Assembly (NCBI GenBank): GCA_016706225.1
Contig: JADJKB010000022.1
Coordinates: forward strand, 192,689 to 256,688
Source: Myxococcales bacterium
GTDB taxonomy: Bacteria > Myxococcota_A > Polyangia > Polyangiales > Polyangiaceae
DNA: 64,000 bases
Reading direction: 5' to 3'
Under the pieces are notes generated by a model. It did not search any database, was not told the origin of the DNA, and worked only from the letters and a program-made list of their open reading frames with translations. A program made the translations under genes and the position numbers. The first letter of the stretch is position 1. Each line of letters begins with the position of its first letter. This document shows, piece by piece, positions 36,992-45,347 of the stretch.

Positions 36992-37507
36992 ATGCAGTCG
37001 CAGGTGAATAGTACGACGGCGCCCACCTTCAAGGTTGGAGACAGGGCCGTACACCCCTCACACGGGGTCGGGGAAGTTGTGCAGCTCGAAGAGAAGGACT
37101 TCGGGGGGCATCGCACGAGCTGTTACGTCCTGAAGATCGTCGATTCGGATCTCAAGGTGATGGTTCCAATGGAAGCGGCTAGCCGCGTTGGACTGCGCCC
37201 GGTGATGAAGAAGAAGGAAGCCGAGAAGATCCTCGACATCCTGCGCGCACCCGAGGTGGCGGTGGACGTTCAGCCGTGGAACCGCAGATTCCGCGCCTAC
37301 ACCGAGATGCTCAAGAGTGGACTGCCGGCGGAGATCGCCAAGGTTCTGCGCGACATGTACCGCCTGAAGTTCGACAAGGACTTGTCGTTCGGTGAGCGCC
37401 GCCTCCTCGACCAAGCCCGCTCGCTCTTGATCCAAGAGCTGGCGCTGGCAAAGAAGGTCACGGCCGCGAGCATCGAGGGCGAGATCCAAGAGATCTTCTC
37501 GGCCTGA
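36992..37507 (+). CDS. cdnL: CarD/CdnL family transcriptional regulator
   Basis: AGGAG RBS. FKVGDRAVHPSHGVGEVVQLEEKDF is the CarD_CdnL_TRCF N-terminal domain. At 171 aa it has no HMGA-type tail. Only the last 171 codons of the listed 539-aa ORF are used. Confidence 0.9.
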   Translation: MQSQVNSTTAPTFKVGDRAVHPSHGVGEVVQLEEKDFGGHRTSCYVLKIVDSDLKVMVPMEAASRVGLRPVMKKKEAEKILDILRAPEVAVDVQPWNRRFRAYTEMLKSGLPAEIAKVLRDMYRLKFDKDLSFGERRLLDQARSLLIQELALAKKVTAASIEGEIQEIFSA

Positions 37508-37556
37508 GCTAGCAAGAACGATTGATCGCCGCGAGCGGCGGCTTCACGCTTCGGCG

Positions 37557-38108
37557 ATGAAGATCTACACGAAGACCGGAGACAGCGGCGAGACCGGGCT
37601 GTTCGGCGGCGCGCGTGTCGACAAGGACGACACGCGCGTCGACGCGTACGGCACGGTCGACGAGACGAACGCGGCCATCGGCTGCGCGCGCGCCACGGGA
37701 CTGCCGGCGGAGCTCGACGCTTTGCTCGGGGCGATCCAGGACGATCTGTTCACGCTCGGCGCCGAGCTTGCGTGTGTACCCGGCCACGAAGAGCGAATGA
37801 AGCTCGCTTTGTGTTCCGCTGCGGCCATCGAGCGGCTGGAGGCGGCCATCGACAGCTCGGAGTCGGCTCTCCCTGCCCTGACCGCCTTCATCCTGCCCGG
37901 AGGCACCGCCGGCGCCGCGGCGCTGCACGCGGCACGCACCACCTGTCGCCGCGCGGAGCGGCGTGTGGTGACGCTCCGGCGCGCGAGCAAGGTCCGCGAC
38001 GAGGTCGTCATCTACCTCAATCGCCTGAGCGACCTCTTGTTCGTGCTGGCCCGACGCACCAACCACGAGGCGGGAGTCGCAGACGTGCCTTGGAACAAAC
38101 CGACGTGA
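37557..38108 (+). CDS. ATP:cob(I)alamin adenosyltransferase, PduO type
   Basis: MKIYTKTGDSGETGLFGGARVDKDDTRVDAYGTVDETNAAIG is the typical N-terminus. Confidence 0.9.
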   Translation: MKIYTKTGDSGETGLFGGARVDKDDTRVDAYGTVDETNAAIGCARATGLPAELDALLGAIQDDLFTLGAELACVPGHEERMKLALCSAAAIERLEAAIDSSESALPALTAFILPGGTAGAAALHAARTTCRRAERRVVTLRRASKVRDEVVIYLNRLSDLLFVLARRTNHEAGVADVPWNKPT

Positions 38109-38121
38109 ACGCACCCGCGTC

Positions 38122-38871
38122 TCACAGGTGAGGCAGAACCGGCAGAGCCAACAGAACTCCGAGCGCGCCGGCGCCGAGCAGCCCGAGAACGAAACGGAAC
38201 ACCCCGACGGACGTTGGGAGCTGTCCATCGGGACCCGGGCGGACGGGCACCGGCAGCTCCCAGGTGCCGACGTTCCGCGACGGCTTGGCCGGGTCGAACA
38301 GGAACATGCCGCCCTCGTAGGGCCTGCCACGCAGCGTGCGCTCGGCGAAGGGACCATCGGGGAGGCCGATGCGCACACGAGTCTTGCAGAACGAGCCCCC
38401 GTACTCGTCGCCCTGATCACCCCAGCCGGCCAGTGATCTGCCGACATTCGTCGAGTAGCTCCACGACGACGAGTCGTCTGCTTCGAGCACCGCGGCGGGC
38501 GCCGCCACACCGTTCATCAGCAGGTAGAGGGCCCGCAGGTTGCGCAGCAGCATGAACCCCGGAACGAGGTAGGGGAAGATCCACGCCAGCGGTTGGTGTG
38601 TGGCGAGCGCGTACCCTGCGGGAAGCACCACCAGCCAGACACCGAAGATCACCATGTTGAAGGTGAACAGGTGGAACAAGGTTGAGAACGCCAGCGCTAA
38701 GGAGATCTTCCGCGGCGCCGGAGCGAGCGTGTGCACCCTGGCTGGTTGCTCGATGGGCTCGGGCGGCGGCGGCTGCTTCAGCTGCTCGTTCTCGCGCTGA
38801 AGCGCAGCGTTCTCCAGCTCGAGCACTTCGAGCCGCTGTCGCAGCGCTTCGCGGTCGTCCCGGTAGTCCAT
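38122..38871 (-). CDS. membrane protein with N-terminal coiled coil, unknown function
   Basis: REALRQRLEVLELENAALQRENEQLKQ, followed by hydrophobic helices. Confidence 0.55.
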   Translation of the reverse strand: MDYRDDREALRQRLEVLELENAALQRENEQLKQPPPPEPIEQPARVHTLAPAPRKISLALAFSTLFHLFTFNMVIFGVWLVVLPAGYALATHQPLAWIFPYLVPGFMLLRNLRALYLLMNGVAAPAAVLEADDSSSWSYSTNVGRSLAGWGDQGDEYGGSFCKTRVRIGLPDGPFAERTLRGRPYEGGMFLFDPAKPSRNVGTWELPVPVRPGPDGQLPTSVGVFRFVLGLLGAGALGVLLALPVLPHL

Positions 38872-39013
38872 CGCAGTCGACAGCCCTTCCGACTAGAAGG
38901 GTTGAGATCCCTGGAGCTTTTCCCGACTTGCGGCAGACGGCAAGCAGATCAAAAGCGGGGCGCGCGGCAGTCCACGGGTGAAGATTGCCAGGCGGGCGAA
39001 CTAAGCTGAAGCA

Positions 39014-39430
39014 ATGACCATCACACTGCGTGGGCTAGCCCACGTTGGCATCCGCGTCCATGACCTGGAACGGTCGCTGGGCTTCTACCGCTTGCTCGGC
39101 TTCGAGAAGACCGTGGGACCGATCGGACCGGAGCCGGTTGCGATCCTGGAACACCCGTCCGGCATCGAGCTCAACCTCGTGCTCAACGCCAAGGACCCGC
39201 GAGCAACCAACGTCCTGATGGACGTTCCCGAGAAACACCCGGGCATCACCCACATTGCGCTCTTCTGCCCGGACATCCTGGCGGCGAAGGCGGAGCTCGA
39301 AGCGGCGGGGTTTCCCCCGAGCGGGGGTCCGGTGAAGTTTCCTACGGGCGCTCAGGCCATCTTCGTGCGAGATCCAGATCGCAACGTGATCGAGCTCCAT
39401 CAGCGGTCCGACGCGCAAACACCAGAATGA
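39014..39430 (+). CDS. VOC (glyoxalase I-like) family protein
   Basis: LAHVGIRVHDLERSLGFYRLLGFEK and ITHIALFCPD. Confidence 0.75.
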   Translation: MTITLRGLAHVGIRVHDLERSLGFYRLLGFEKTVGPIGPEPVAILEHPSGIELNLVLNAKDPRATNVLMDVPEKHPGITHIALFCPDILAAKAELEAAGFPPSGGPVKFPTGAQAIFVRDPDRNVIELHQRSDAQTPE

Positions 39431-39493
39431 CCGGAGGAGCCGCCATGAGTGACGCCAACACCGCCCGCGACGAAAACGCGGGCGCCGGCGCGC

Positions 39494-40843
39494 TCACTTG
39501 TGCGAGGCCGCATCGGCCTGCGCCGCCGCCGCGACCTCGACCCGCTGCCACACCCGAAGCACGTTGCCGGAGCAGATCTTCTCGATTTCGGCGTCCGAAT
39601 AGCCGCGCTCCAAGAGGACCTTTATCAGACTCGGATAGGCGCCGACATCCTTGAGCCCGACCGGGAGCGAGTCCCCCACCCCGTCGAAGTCACTGCCCAA
39701 TCCGACGTGGTCGACGCCCACGAGCGCCTTCACGTGATCGATGTGATCCGCGACCTGCGCCACGCTCGCAAACCCCGCCGGGTTGTCCTTCTCGAACCGC
39801 TCTAGCAGAGGTTTTGCGCGAGCATCGTTCGACTCGAGTTTGTGTTTTCTTAGCAGCGCCGCCCGTTGTTTCCAGCGTTCGGTCTCCTGTTTCTGCAGCT
39901 TCGGATCGAGGAAACCGGAGCCGAAGTTGATCTGGATGACGCCTCCCTTGGATGCCAGTTCTCGGATCATGTCGTCGCTCATGTTGCGCATCCAGCCCGG
40001 CGTGAAGTGCCGACACGACGAGTGCGAGGCGATCACCGGGACCGTACTCACCTTCATCACGTCCCGGAACGCATCGTCGGAGATGTGCGAAACATCGACC
40101 AGGATGCCGAGCCGGTTCATCTCGCCCACGACCTGCTTTCCGAACGGACTCAACCCCTTGTTCTTGTGACGGTCGTCGTACGACGAGTCCGAGAGGTGGT
40201 TGTCCTTCGAGTGTGCGAGGGTGATGTAGCGCACGCCGCGATCGAAGAAGAACTTCACGTTCTCCAGCTTCTTCTCGACGGGTGACCCGTTCTCCATGCC
40301 CAGCAAGAGCGAGATTTTGCCGTCCTTCTTGTTCTGCCTGACCTCCTCGGTCGAGCGCGCCATGCGAAACTTGTCGGGGGACTTCTTGGCAATGTCCTCG
40401 ACCAGATCGATCAGCTGATTCGCCAGCTTCTTCGCGCCGCCAGCCTCGAACTTGGCCGGCACGTAGATGCTCATGAACGGCGCATCGAGCCCGCCCGTGA
40501 CGGCGCGCGGGTAGTCGAAGTTGCCCTTCGCTGTGCGCTCCGCGACGTCTTCCGTGACCTTGCCCGCCTTGTCGCGGGACTGCCACAGGCGATACGGAAC
40601 GTCGACGTGCCCGTCCAGGATGATGAAGCGGTGGGCGAGCTCGTTCGCTTTTTGATCGAGATCAATCGGCTTCGGAGCGGCCGCGGCGCTCGCGCTCGGG
40701 GGCGCGGCAGGCTCGCTCGTCGCGCTCGGCGGCGCGGACGTCGGAGTCGGCTCGGCGGCTCTTGCCGAGTCCGACGCCGGTGGCGGGCTGGGCGCACAAC
40801 CAGAATAGACTACGGCGAGAGCGAGCCACGCTGACGGTTTCAC
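39494..40843 (-). CDS. membrane dipeptidase (peptidase M19) lipoprotein
   Basis: Lipobox VVYSGC. ILDGHVDVPYRL, RYITLAHSKDN, GILVDVSHISD, PVIASHSSCR and RNMSDDMIRELASKGGVIQINF. Confidence 0.85.
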   Translation of the reverse strand: MKPSAWLALAVVYSGCAPSPPPASDSARAAEPTPTSAPPSATSEPAAPPSASAAAAPKPIDLDQKANELAHRFIILDGHVDVPYRLWQSRDKAGKVTEDVAERTAKGNFDYPRAVTGGLDAPFMSIYVPAKFEAGGAKKLANQLIDLVEDIAKKSPDKFRMARSTEEVRQNKKDGKISLLLGMENGSPVEKKLENVKFFFDRGVRYITLAHSKDNHLSDSSYDDRHKNKGLSPFGKQVVGEMNRLGILVDVSHISDDAFRDVMKVSTVPVIASHSSCRHFTPGWMRNMSDDMIRELASKGGVIQINFGSGFLDPKLQKQETERWKQRAALLRKHKLESNDARAKPLLERFEKDNPAGFASVAQVADHIDHVKALVGVDHVGLGSDFDGVGDSLPVGLKDVGAYPSLIKVLLERGYSDAEIEKICSGNVLRVWQRVEVAAAAQADAASHK

Positions 40844-40858
40844 CGGCGCAGCTTACGG

Positions 40859-41131
40859 CTAAGCTTTCACGAGCGTCCAGAGACCGACGGCGATGAAACC
40901 GAGACCGGCCACCCAGTGCAACGCCTTGTCGCTGACGTACCTGGAGATCAGCGCACCACCGAGCACTCCCAGGGCCGAGGTCGCGACCAGCGCCAGCGCG
41001 GCGCCGGAGAAGACGATCCACTTCGAGGTCTTGGCATCCGCCGCGTAGAGCAGCGTCGCGAGCTGGGTTTTGTCCCCGAGCTCGGCGAGGAACACGGTGG
41101 AAAAAACAGTGACGAAGAGCTTCATGTCCAT
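40859..41131 (-). CDS. half-size UPF0016 (GDT1/TMEM165) family membrane protein
   Basis: 90 aa with a single ELGDKT motif and three hydrophobic helices. The ATG at 41131 is used. The long listed ORF to 41749 is a mirror-frame artefact over the M50 gene. Confidence 0.75.
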   Translation of the reverse strand: MDMKLFVTVFSTVFLAELGDKTQLATLLYAADAKTSKWIVFSGAALALVATSALGVLGGALISRYVSDKALHWVAGLGFIAVGLWTLVKA

Positions 41132-41156
41132 GACGCGCCGGGCCGGTCCTTCCGCG

Positions 41157-41196
41157 GTAGTCACCCTGGAGAGGGGTGCGAACCGAGGGTGATTAC
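41157..41196. promoter_or_regulatory. 11-bp-arm inverted repeat (one mismatch) in the divergent UPF0016 / M50 intergenic region
   Basis: gtagtcaccct (41157-41167) and agggtgattac (41186-41196) are separated by an 18-nt spacer. The repeat lies in the presumed 5' leader of the UPF0016 gene. Confidence 0.3.
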
Positions 41197-41266
41197 AGCA
41201 GAAAGTAAGCCGGAGTGGGCCGCACGGCACACCCGCCCCCTGGGCACGAGGGCGCAGGTGATTAAC

Positions 41267-41992
41267 ATGGCGGAAAGCATGCTCGACCGCGGCTCTCTGA
41301 CCATCGCCCGCCTTCGAGGGATCCCCATCCGCCTGCACTGGACGCTCCCGATCGGTGCGCTCGTTTTCGGCGGGTTCCGGTACGCCCCCGGCTTCTGGCT
41401 CGGCTTCGTCTTGCTCGTCCTGATCCACGAGCTCGGTCATGCATTCTTGGTTCGGTCCTTCCGCCTGCGCGTCGAGGGCATCGACATCACTGGCTTCGGC
41501 GGCCTCTGCCATTGGTCGGGACGAGCCACCGCTGTGCAGCGCAGTATCATTGCCTGGGGCGGTGTGGTGGCCCAAGGCCTGCTGCTCGCGGCTACGTTCG
41601 CGACCCTCGCCTTGGTCGGCAGGCCTCACACCGCGTTCATGGCCGACATGGTCAGTGTGTTCACCTTCACCAATCTCTGGCTGATCGCGCTGAACCTGCT
41701 GCCCGTGCCGCCGCTCGACGGGCATGAAGCCTGGAAGCTCGTGGGGCAACTCGCGCGGGGCGGTCGTTCCACGCGCCGCTCGTCCGGCGCCGAGCGGGTA
41801 CAGGGCGTGACCTGGAAACCCCCGCCGACCTGGTCTGGCTGGCGCGCAGCAGGCAAGAAGCCATCGTCCTCCCCGCCACCGCGCGGCTCGGAGCCACCCA
41901 AGAAGGACAAACCCAGCCCCGAAGCCATGGCGGAGCTCGCGCGCATGCTGGAAAAAGTCGGCGAAGAGGCCAAGAAGGCCCGCCGCAACTGA
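41267..41992 (+). CDS. site-2 protease family (peptidase M50) membrane metalloprotease
   Basis: HELGHAF zinc motif and NLLPVPPLDG second motif. Lys/Pro-rich C-terminal tail. Confidence 0.8.
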   Translation: MAESMLDRGSLTIARLRGIPIRLHWTLPIGALVFGGFRYAPGFWLGFVLLVLIHELGHAFLVRSFRLRVEGIDITGFGGLCHWSGRATAVQRSIIAWGGVVAQGLLLAATFATLALVGRPHTAFMADMVSVFTFTNLWLIALNLLPVPPLDGHEAWKLVGQLARGGRSTRRSSGAERVQGVTWKPPPTWSGWRAAGKKPSSSPPPRGSEPPKKDKPSPEAMAELARMLEKVGEEAKKARRN

Positions 41993-42002
41993 GCCAGCGT
42001 CC

Positions 42003-43541
42003 CTACTTCTTCACTTCGCCGGTTGCGAGATCGATGTCGATGTCGCGGAGGACACGGGGCGCGAAGCAGATCACGGCTGGCTGCGAGCCCTTCACCTTCT
42101 CGCGCACCAGCTTCTCGATCTTCTTCCCCATCGCCAGCGTGGGGACGAACGCTCCGAAGTAGCGCTTGCCGTTGTCCTCGGTCTCGGCAAAACGCGTCCC
42201 GGCGAGCTCGGTGTGTCCCTTGATGGCCTTGCGGGTCAGCGGGAAGTCGTAGTCCTTCGGCGTGACCTTGGTGATGCCGTACATCAACACGTAGATGTCC
42301 TTGCAGCCCTCGGTCGCGAGCTTGGGAATGCGAACGTGGCCGGGAAACTGCCGACCCCACTCCCACTTCACTTCCTGGACCTGAGCGGCGGGAGGTGTCG
42401 TGCGGTACAAGCCGTTGCCCGCGGCGAGCCACACGCGGCCGTCGACTGCCGCGTGGACACTCGTGGGTGAGGTCACACCTTCGGGCAGGGCCACCCTCTC
42501 CCAGTCGTGTTTCGGCGCTCGCTTCCAGACTGTTCCCTGCACCTTGTCGTTGTCGAAGGGCTGCCCGGTCACGACCCACAACGTTCCATCGCTGCCAAGC
42601 GAGGCGGAGATTGTGGGCAAGACGAACGGGTTCTTCACTACCTCGAAGCGCTCGCCGTCGAAGTGGACCGTGATCGCGCTCTTCCATGCGTCGCCGATGA
42701 CCCAGACGTCTTTCGCCGTGCGCGCCAGCAGGTAGGTCTCGTTGTAAGGATTCGGTCCGTCGAACCGCTCGACCTGTCCGCGCGTCGCGCCCGCCTTCCA
42801 CCACTCGATCGCGAACTTGTCGTCGTCACAGGTGGCCCCCGCGCTGAAGACCTCTCCGGTTGGGAGCGCCGTGAAGCCGGAGGCTCGAACCAAGGTCCCG
42901 CAGCTCGTCTTGGTGGTGACGGGCAGCGGCGGGCGCTTGGCTGAACCCAGCCACTTGAAGCGTACAGTGTCATTGGTGTCGTACGGCATCACGTTGTAGA
43001 GCAGCGCCAAGAGGCCGCCGGACCAGGTCGCGAGGCCGGCGTAGATCCAGCGCTGTCCCAGGTCGTTGCCCGACGTGGCCCAGCTGCCTCCGTTCCACTT
43101 CCGGATACCACCCCAGCCAACGCGGCCGTTCGAGAGCGTGATGGCAGCCCAGGCGTCGTCGGGCCAGCTGCCGACGATCCCGCGGATCCCCATGAAACCT
43201 TCCAGGCCCTTGCCGTACTTTTCGTCTTCGATCAGGCGGTCGCCGTCGACCAACGCGAGCGGGATGCCGCCGTTGCTGCGCACGAACAGCCGCTCACCCA
43301 CCGGGTAGAGATCGAGCGGATGTTCGGCACGGACAAGCAGGTGGAACGGGCTCTTGGCGTGTTTCGGTGCGTCGGGTACCGGCGCGGAGGCAGTCGCGCT
43401 GGCTGCCGACGAGGGCGCCGACGCTGCGGTGGGCATTGCACTTGGCGGCGCGGGGCCATCGGCAGGAGGCGGAGCTGTTCCGCCGCAAGCGGCTGCGACC
43501 ACCACACCCAACGACAACGAGCAGGTCTTGACGGACATCAT
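42003..43541 (-). CDS. lipoprotein, unknown function
   Basis: Signal and lipobox LGVVVAAAC. The ATGA overlaps the upstream cytochrome gene stop. The mature part is about 480 aa and beta-rich. Confidence 0.6.
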   Translation of the reverse strand: MMSVKTCSLSLGVVVAAACGGTAPPPADGPAPPSAMPTAASAPSSAASATASAPVPDAPKHAKSPFHLLVRAEHPLDLYPVGERLFVRSNGGIPLALVDGDRLIEDEKYGKGLEGFMGIRGIVGSWPDDAWAAITLSNGRVGWGGIRKWNGGSWATSGNDLGQRWIYAGLATWSGGLLALLYNVMPYDTNDTVRFKWLGSAKRPPLPVTTKTSCGTLVRASGFTALPTGEVFSAGATCDDDKFAIEWWKAGATRGQVERFDGPNPYNETYLLARTAKDVWVIGDAWKSAITVHFDGERFEVVKNPFVLPTISASLGSDGTLWVVTGQPFDNDKVQGTVWKRAPKHDWERVALPEGVTSPTSVHAAVDGRVWLAAGNGLYRTTPPAAQVQEVKWEWGRQFPGHVRIPKLATEGCKDIYVLMYGITKVTPKDYDFPLTRKAIKGHTELAGTRFAETEDNGKRYFGAFVPTLAMGKKIEKLVREKVKGSQPAVICFAPRVLRDIDIDLATGEVKK

Positions 43542-44611
43542 GGTTTCTCCAGCTTCACGGGTAGCTCCCCTTGTGCGAGGGTCACTTCACTCTCGATGAC
43601 GGCGCTCTCGTCGCTCACGCCCGCGGGGTGTTCGACGCGCTGGTAGGCAACCCGCCAGGCGAGCGGAAGACCGTCCGCTGCGGGCGCCAGCGTGAGCTCC
43701 ACGAGCGCCCACCGGGTTCCGTCGGCGCCGAGGCGATCGTCGTGGATCACCCGACGCGGGACACCAACCTTGCCGAGCGGGCGATAGTGGCGCGCGAGAT
43801 ACCGCACACTACGCGTGACGCTGGCGTAGTCGTCGCCCACGGCTTCGACCGAGATCTCCAGGCGACGGAACAGGTCGCCTGTGGGAAATGCGTGCCCCAC
43901 ACCCACACTCTCGAGCTCGAGCTCGACGCGGCGCGACGAGATGCGTCGCGCCCGTACGACGATGGCGTCCTTCAGCGACGACTCGCGACGCTGGCGCGAA
44001 AACCCATGCTGGCGTCGCGTGCCGTCCTTCGGCATGTGACAGGTCGCACAGGCCAGCCCCGCAAACTTCCCCCGGGCGTGCTCACTGACCGTGGACTGCA
44101 TGAGCTCGGGTCGGGGCCGCGCAAGGGTGTCCGGAAAAGCGAACTCGTGACACGAAGCGCAGGCTCCGACCGATGCAAAGCGGGCGTCACGCTGCAGACG
44201 GTGCGGGGCGCGCTCCGGGCCGGCCTCCGCGCGCGGCGCCGCGAGCACGACCTCGCCGCTCAGATGACAGGTGACACAGCCCACTCCGAGCTGCGACAGC
44301 TCCGCCGGTGCGTCGGCAGAAGGGTCAGCCTCCGGCGCGTGACAGCTCCGGCACATGGCGAGTGGCTCCCGAGCGAGGGCGCGCTGGTAGGCCGGATCAC
44401 GATCCGAGCGCTGGTGTGGTGACCCCCGCCACTCCCGCGCGACGTCCGCGTGGCAGCGGACACACTCCCGGTTTGCTCGCGCCATCGCCAGACCGCGAGC
44501 GCGGGCCGGTCGTGGCAGCTCGACGGCTGCTGGGGCCGGCGGCTTCGCGGGCGGCGCGGCGGGACCGGCGCAGCACGCGAATGCAAGCGGGAGCGCGAGC
44601 AGACTTCGCAC
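43538..44611 (-). CDS. multihaem c-type cytochrome (five CxxCH)
   Basis: CVRCH, CRSCH, CVTCH, CASCH and CATCH. The GTG at 44611 gives the signal peptide VRSLLALPLAFACCAG. The upstream part of the listed ORF overlaps the PNPOx-like gene. Confidence 0.75.
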   Translation of the reverse strand: MRSLLALPLAFACCAGPAAPPAKPPAPAAVELPRPARARGLAMARANRECVRCHADVAREWRGSPHQRSDRDPAYQRALAREPLAMCRSCHAPEADPSADAPAELSQLGVGCVTCHLSGEVVLAAPRAEAGPERAPHRLQRDARFASVGACASCHEFAFPDTLARPRPELMQSTVSEHARGKFAGLACATCHMPKDGTRRQHGFSRQRRESSLKDAIVVRARRISSRRVELELESVGVGHAFPTGDLFRRLEISVEAVGDDYASVTRSVRYLARHYRPLGKVGVPRRVIHDDRLGADGTRWALVELTLAPAADGLPLAWRVAYQRVEHPAGVSDESAVIESEVTLAQGELPVKLEKP

Positions 44612-44624
44612 GCGCGGGACGTTA

Positions 44625-45281
44625 TCACTCGAAGCGCGCGCCGCCCACGTCGAGCGGCGCAATCGCTGCGCCGTCAACGAGGTCCGAAGCAGGTTCGGGC
44701 CGAAGCGCTCGGAGCTCGAGCGGCACGACACCCGCCCAGCACGGCCGCTCGAGATCGGACGCGAGGTCGAGGGGGGGACCACGCCGGATCTTGGCGGAGG
44801 CTTCGCCGACGGGAAATGCCACGACGCGGGTCGCCGAGAGCTCGGCGTCGTTCGGCTCGCGCACTTCGAGCGAGCGGCCGGGGGTGACGTGGTCCACCAA
44901 CGCGGCCAGCACCCGCCGCTTCTCCTGCGCGTCCTCGACTTCGCGCCCACGACCGAAGATGACGACCGAGCGGTAGTTCATCGAGTGGTGCATGGCGGAG
45001 CGGGCGAGCACGAGGCCGTCGAGAATGGTCACGCTGACACACGCGGACACGCCCTCGACCAGCGCGGCGAGCATGCGGTTCTTCTTGGCTCCGTGCAGGA
45101 AGAGCTCGTCCCCCACGCGCACGTGAGCTGTCGGGAGCACGTAGGGCTGTCCTTCGCGGACGAAGGCCACCTGACACAGGAGCGCCGCATCCAGGATGTC
45201 GTGCACGACCCTCGGGTCGTACGACCCGCGCTCGGGGTGGCGTTTCAGCTGGGTACGTTGGGTGGGGGAGCTCGCGACCAT
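44625..45281 (-). CDS. pyridoxamine 5'-phosphate oxidase-like (split-barrel flavin-binding) family protein
   Basis: LKRHPERGSYDPRVVHDILDAALLCQVAFVREGQPYVLPT is the typical Pyridox_ox_2-type N-terminus. The start is chosen at the ATG at 45281; an alternative is 45320. Confidence 0.6.
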   Translation of the reverse strand: MVASSPTQRTQLKRHPERGSYDPRVVHDILDAALLCQVAFVREGQPYVLPTAHVRVGDELFLHGAKKNRMLAALVEGVSACVSVTILDGLVLARSAMHHSMNYRSVVIFGRGREVEDAQEKRRVLAALVDHVTPGRSLEVREPNDAELSATRVVAFPVGEASAKIRRGPPLDLASDLERPCWAGVVPLELRALRPEPASDLVDGAAIAPLDVGGARFE

Positions 45282-45317
45282 TTTCACACCTGCCTTGTGG
45301 CAAGCGACACTGTGTCC

Positions 45318-45347
45318 CAAACTGGACTAGATGAAAGGTACAGTTTG
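45318..45347. promoter_or_regulatory. inverted repeat CAAACTG-N16-CAGTTTG in the PNPOx-like / MocR divergent region
   Basis: Exact 7-bp arms at 45318-45324 and 45341-45347 flank an AT-rich centre. This is the only AT-rich patch in a 63-nt intergenic region. Confidence 0.35.

Noticed and set aside
38985-39007. TTGCCA / TAAGCT as a promoter for the VOC gene at 39014
   Set aside because: The spacer between the hexamers is only 11 nt, which is incompatible with a sigma-70 promoter.
41132-41266. yybP-ykoY (manganese) riboswitch in the leader of the UPF0016 gene
   Set aside because: I could not find the conserved core sequences of that riboswitch on the minus strand. Only a simple hairpin is visible. 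An Infernal scan is needed for a definitive answer.
44612-44950. N-terminal 113 codons of the listed 470-aa ORF for the cytochrome gene
   Set aside because: They overlap the 3' part of the PNPOx-like gene in another frame. The GTG at 44611 yields a proper signal peptide directly after that gene's stop.
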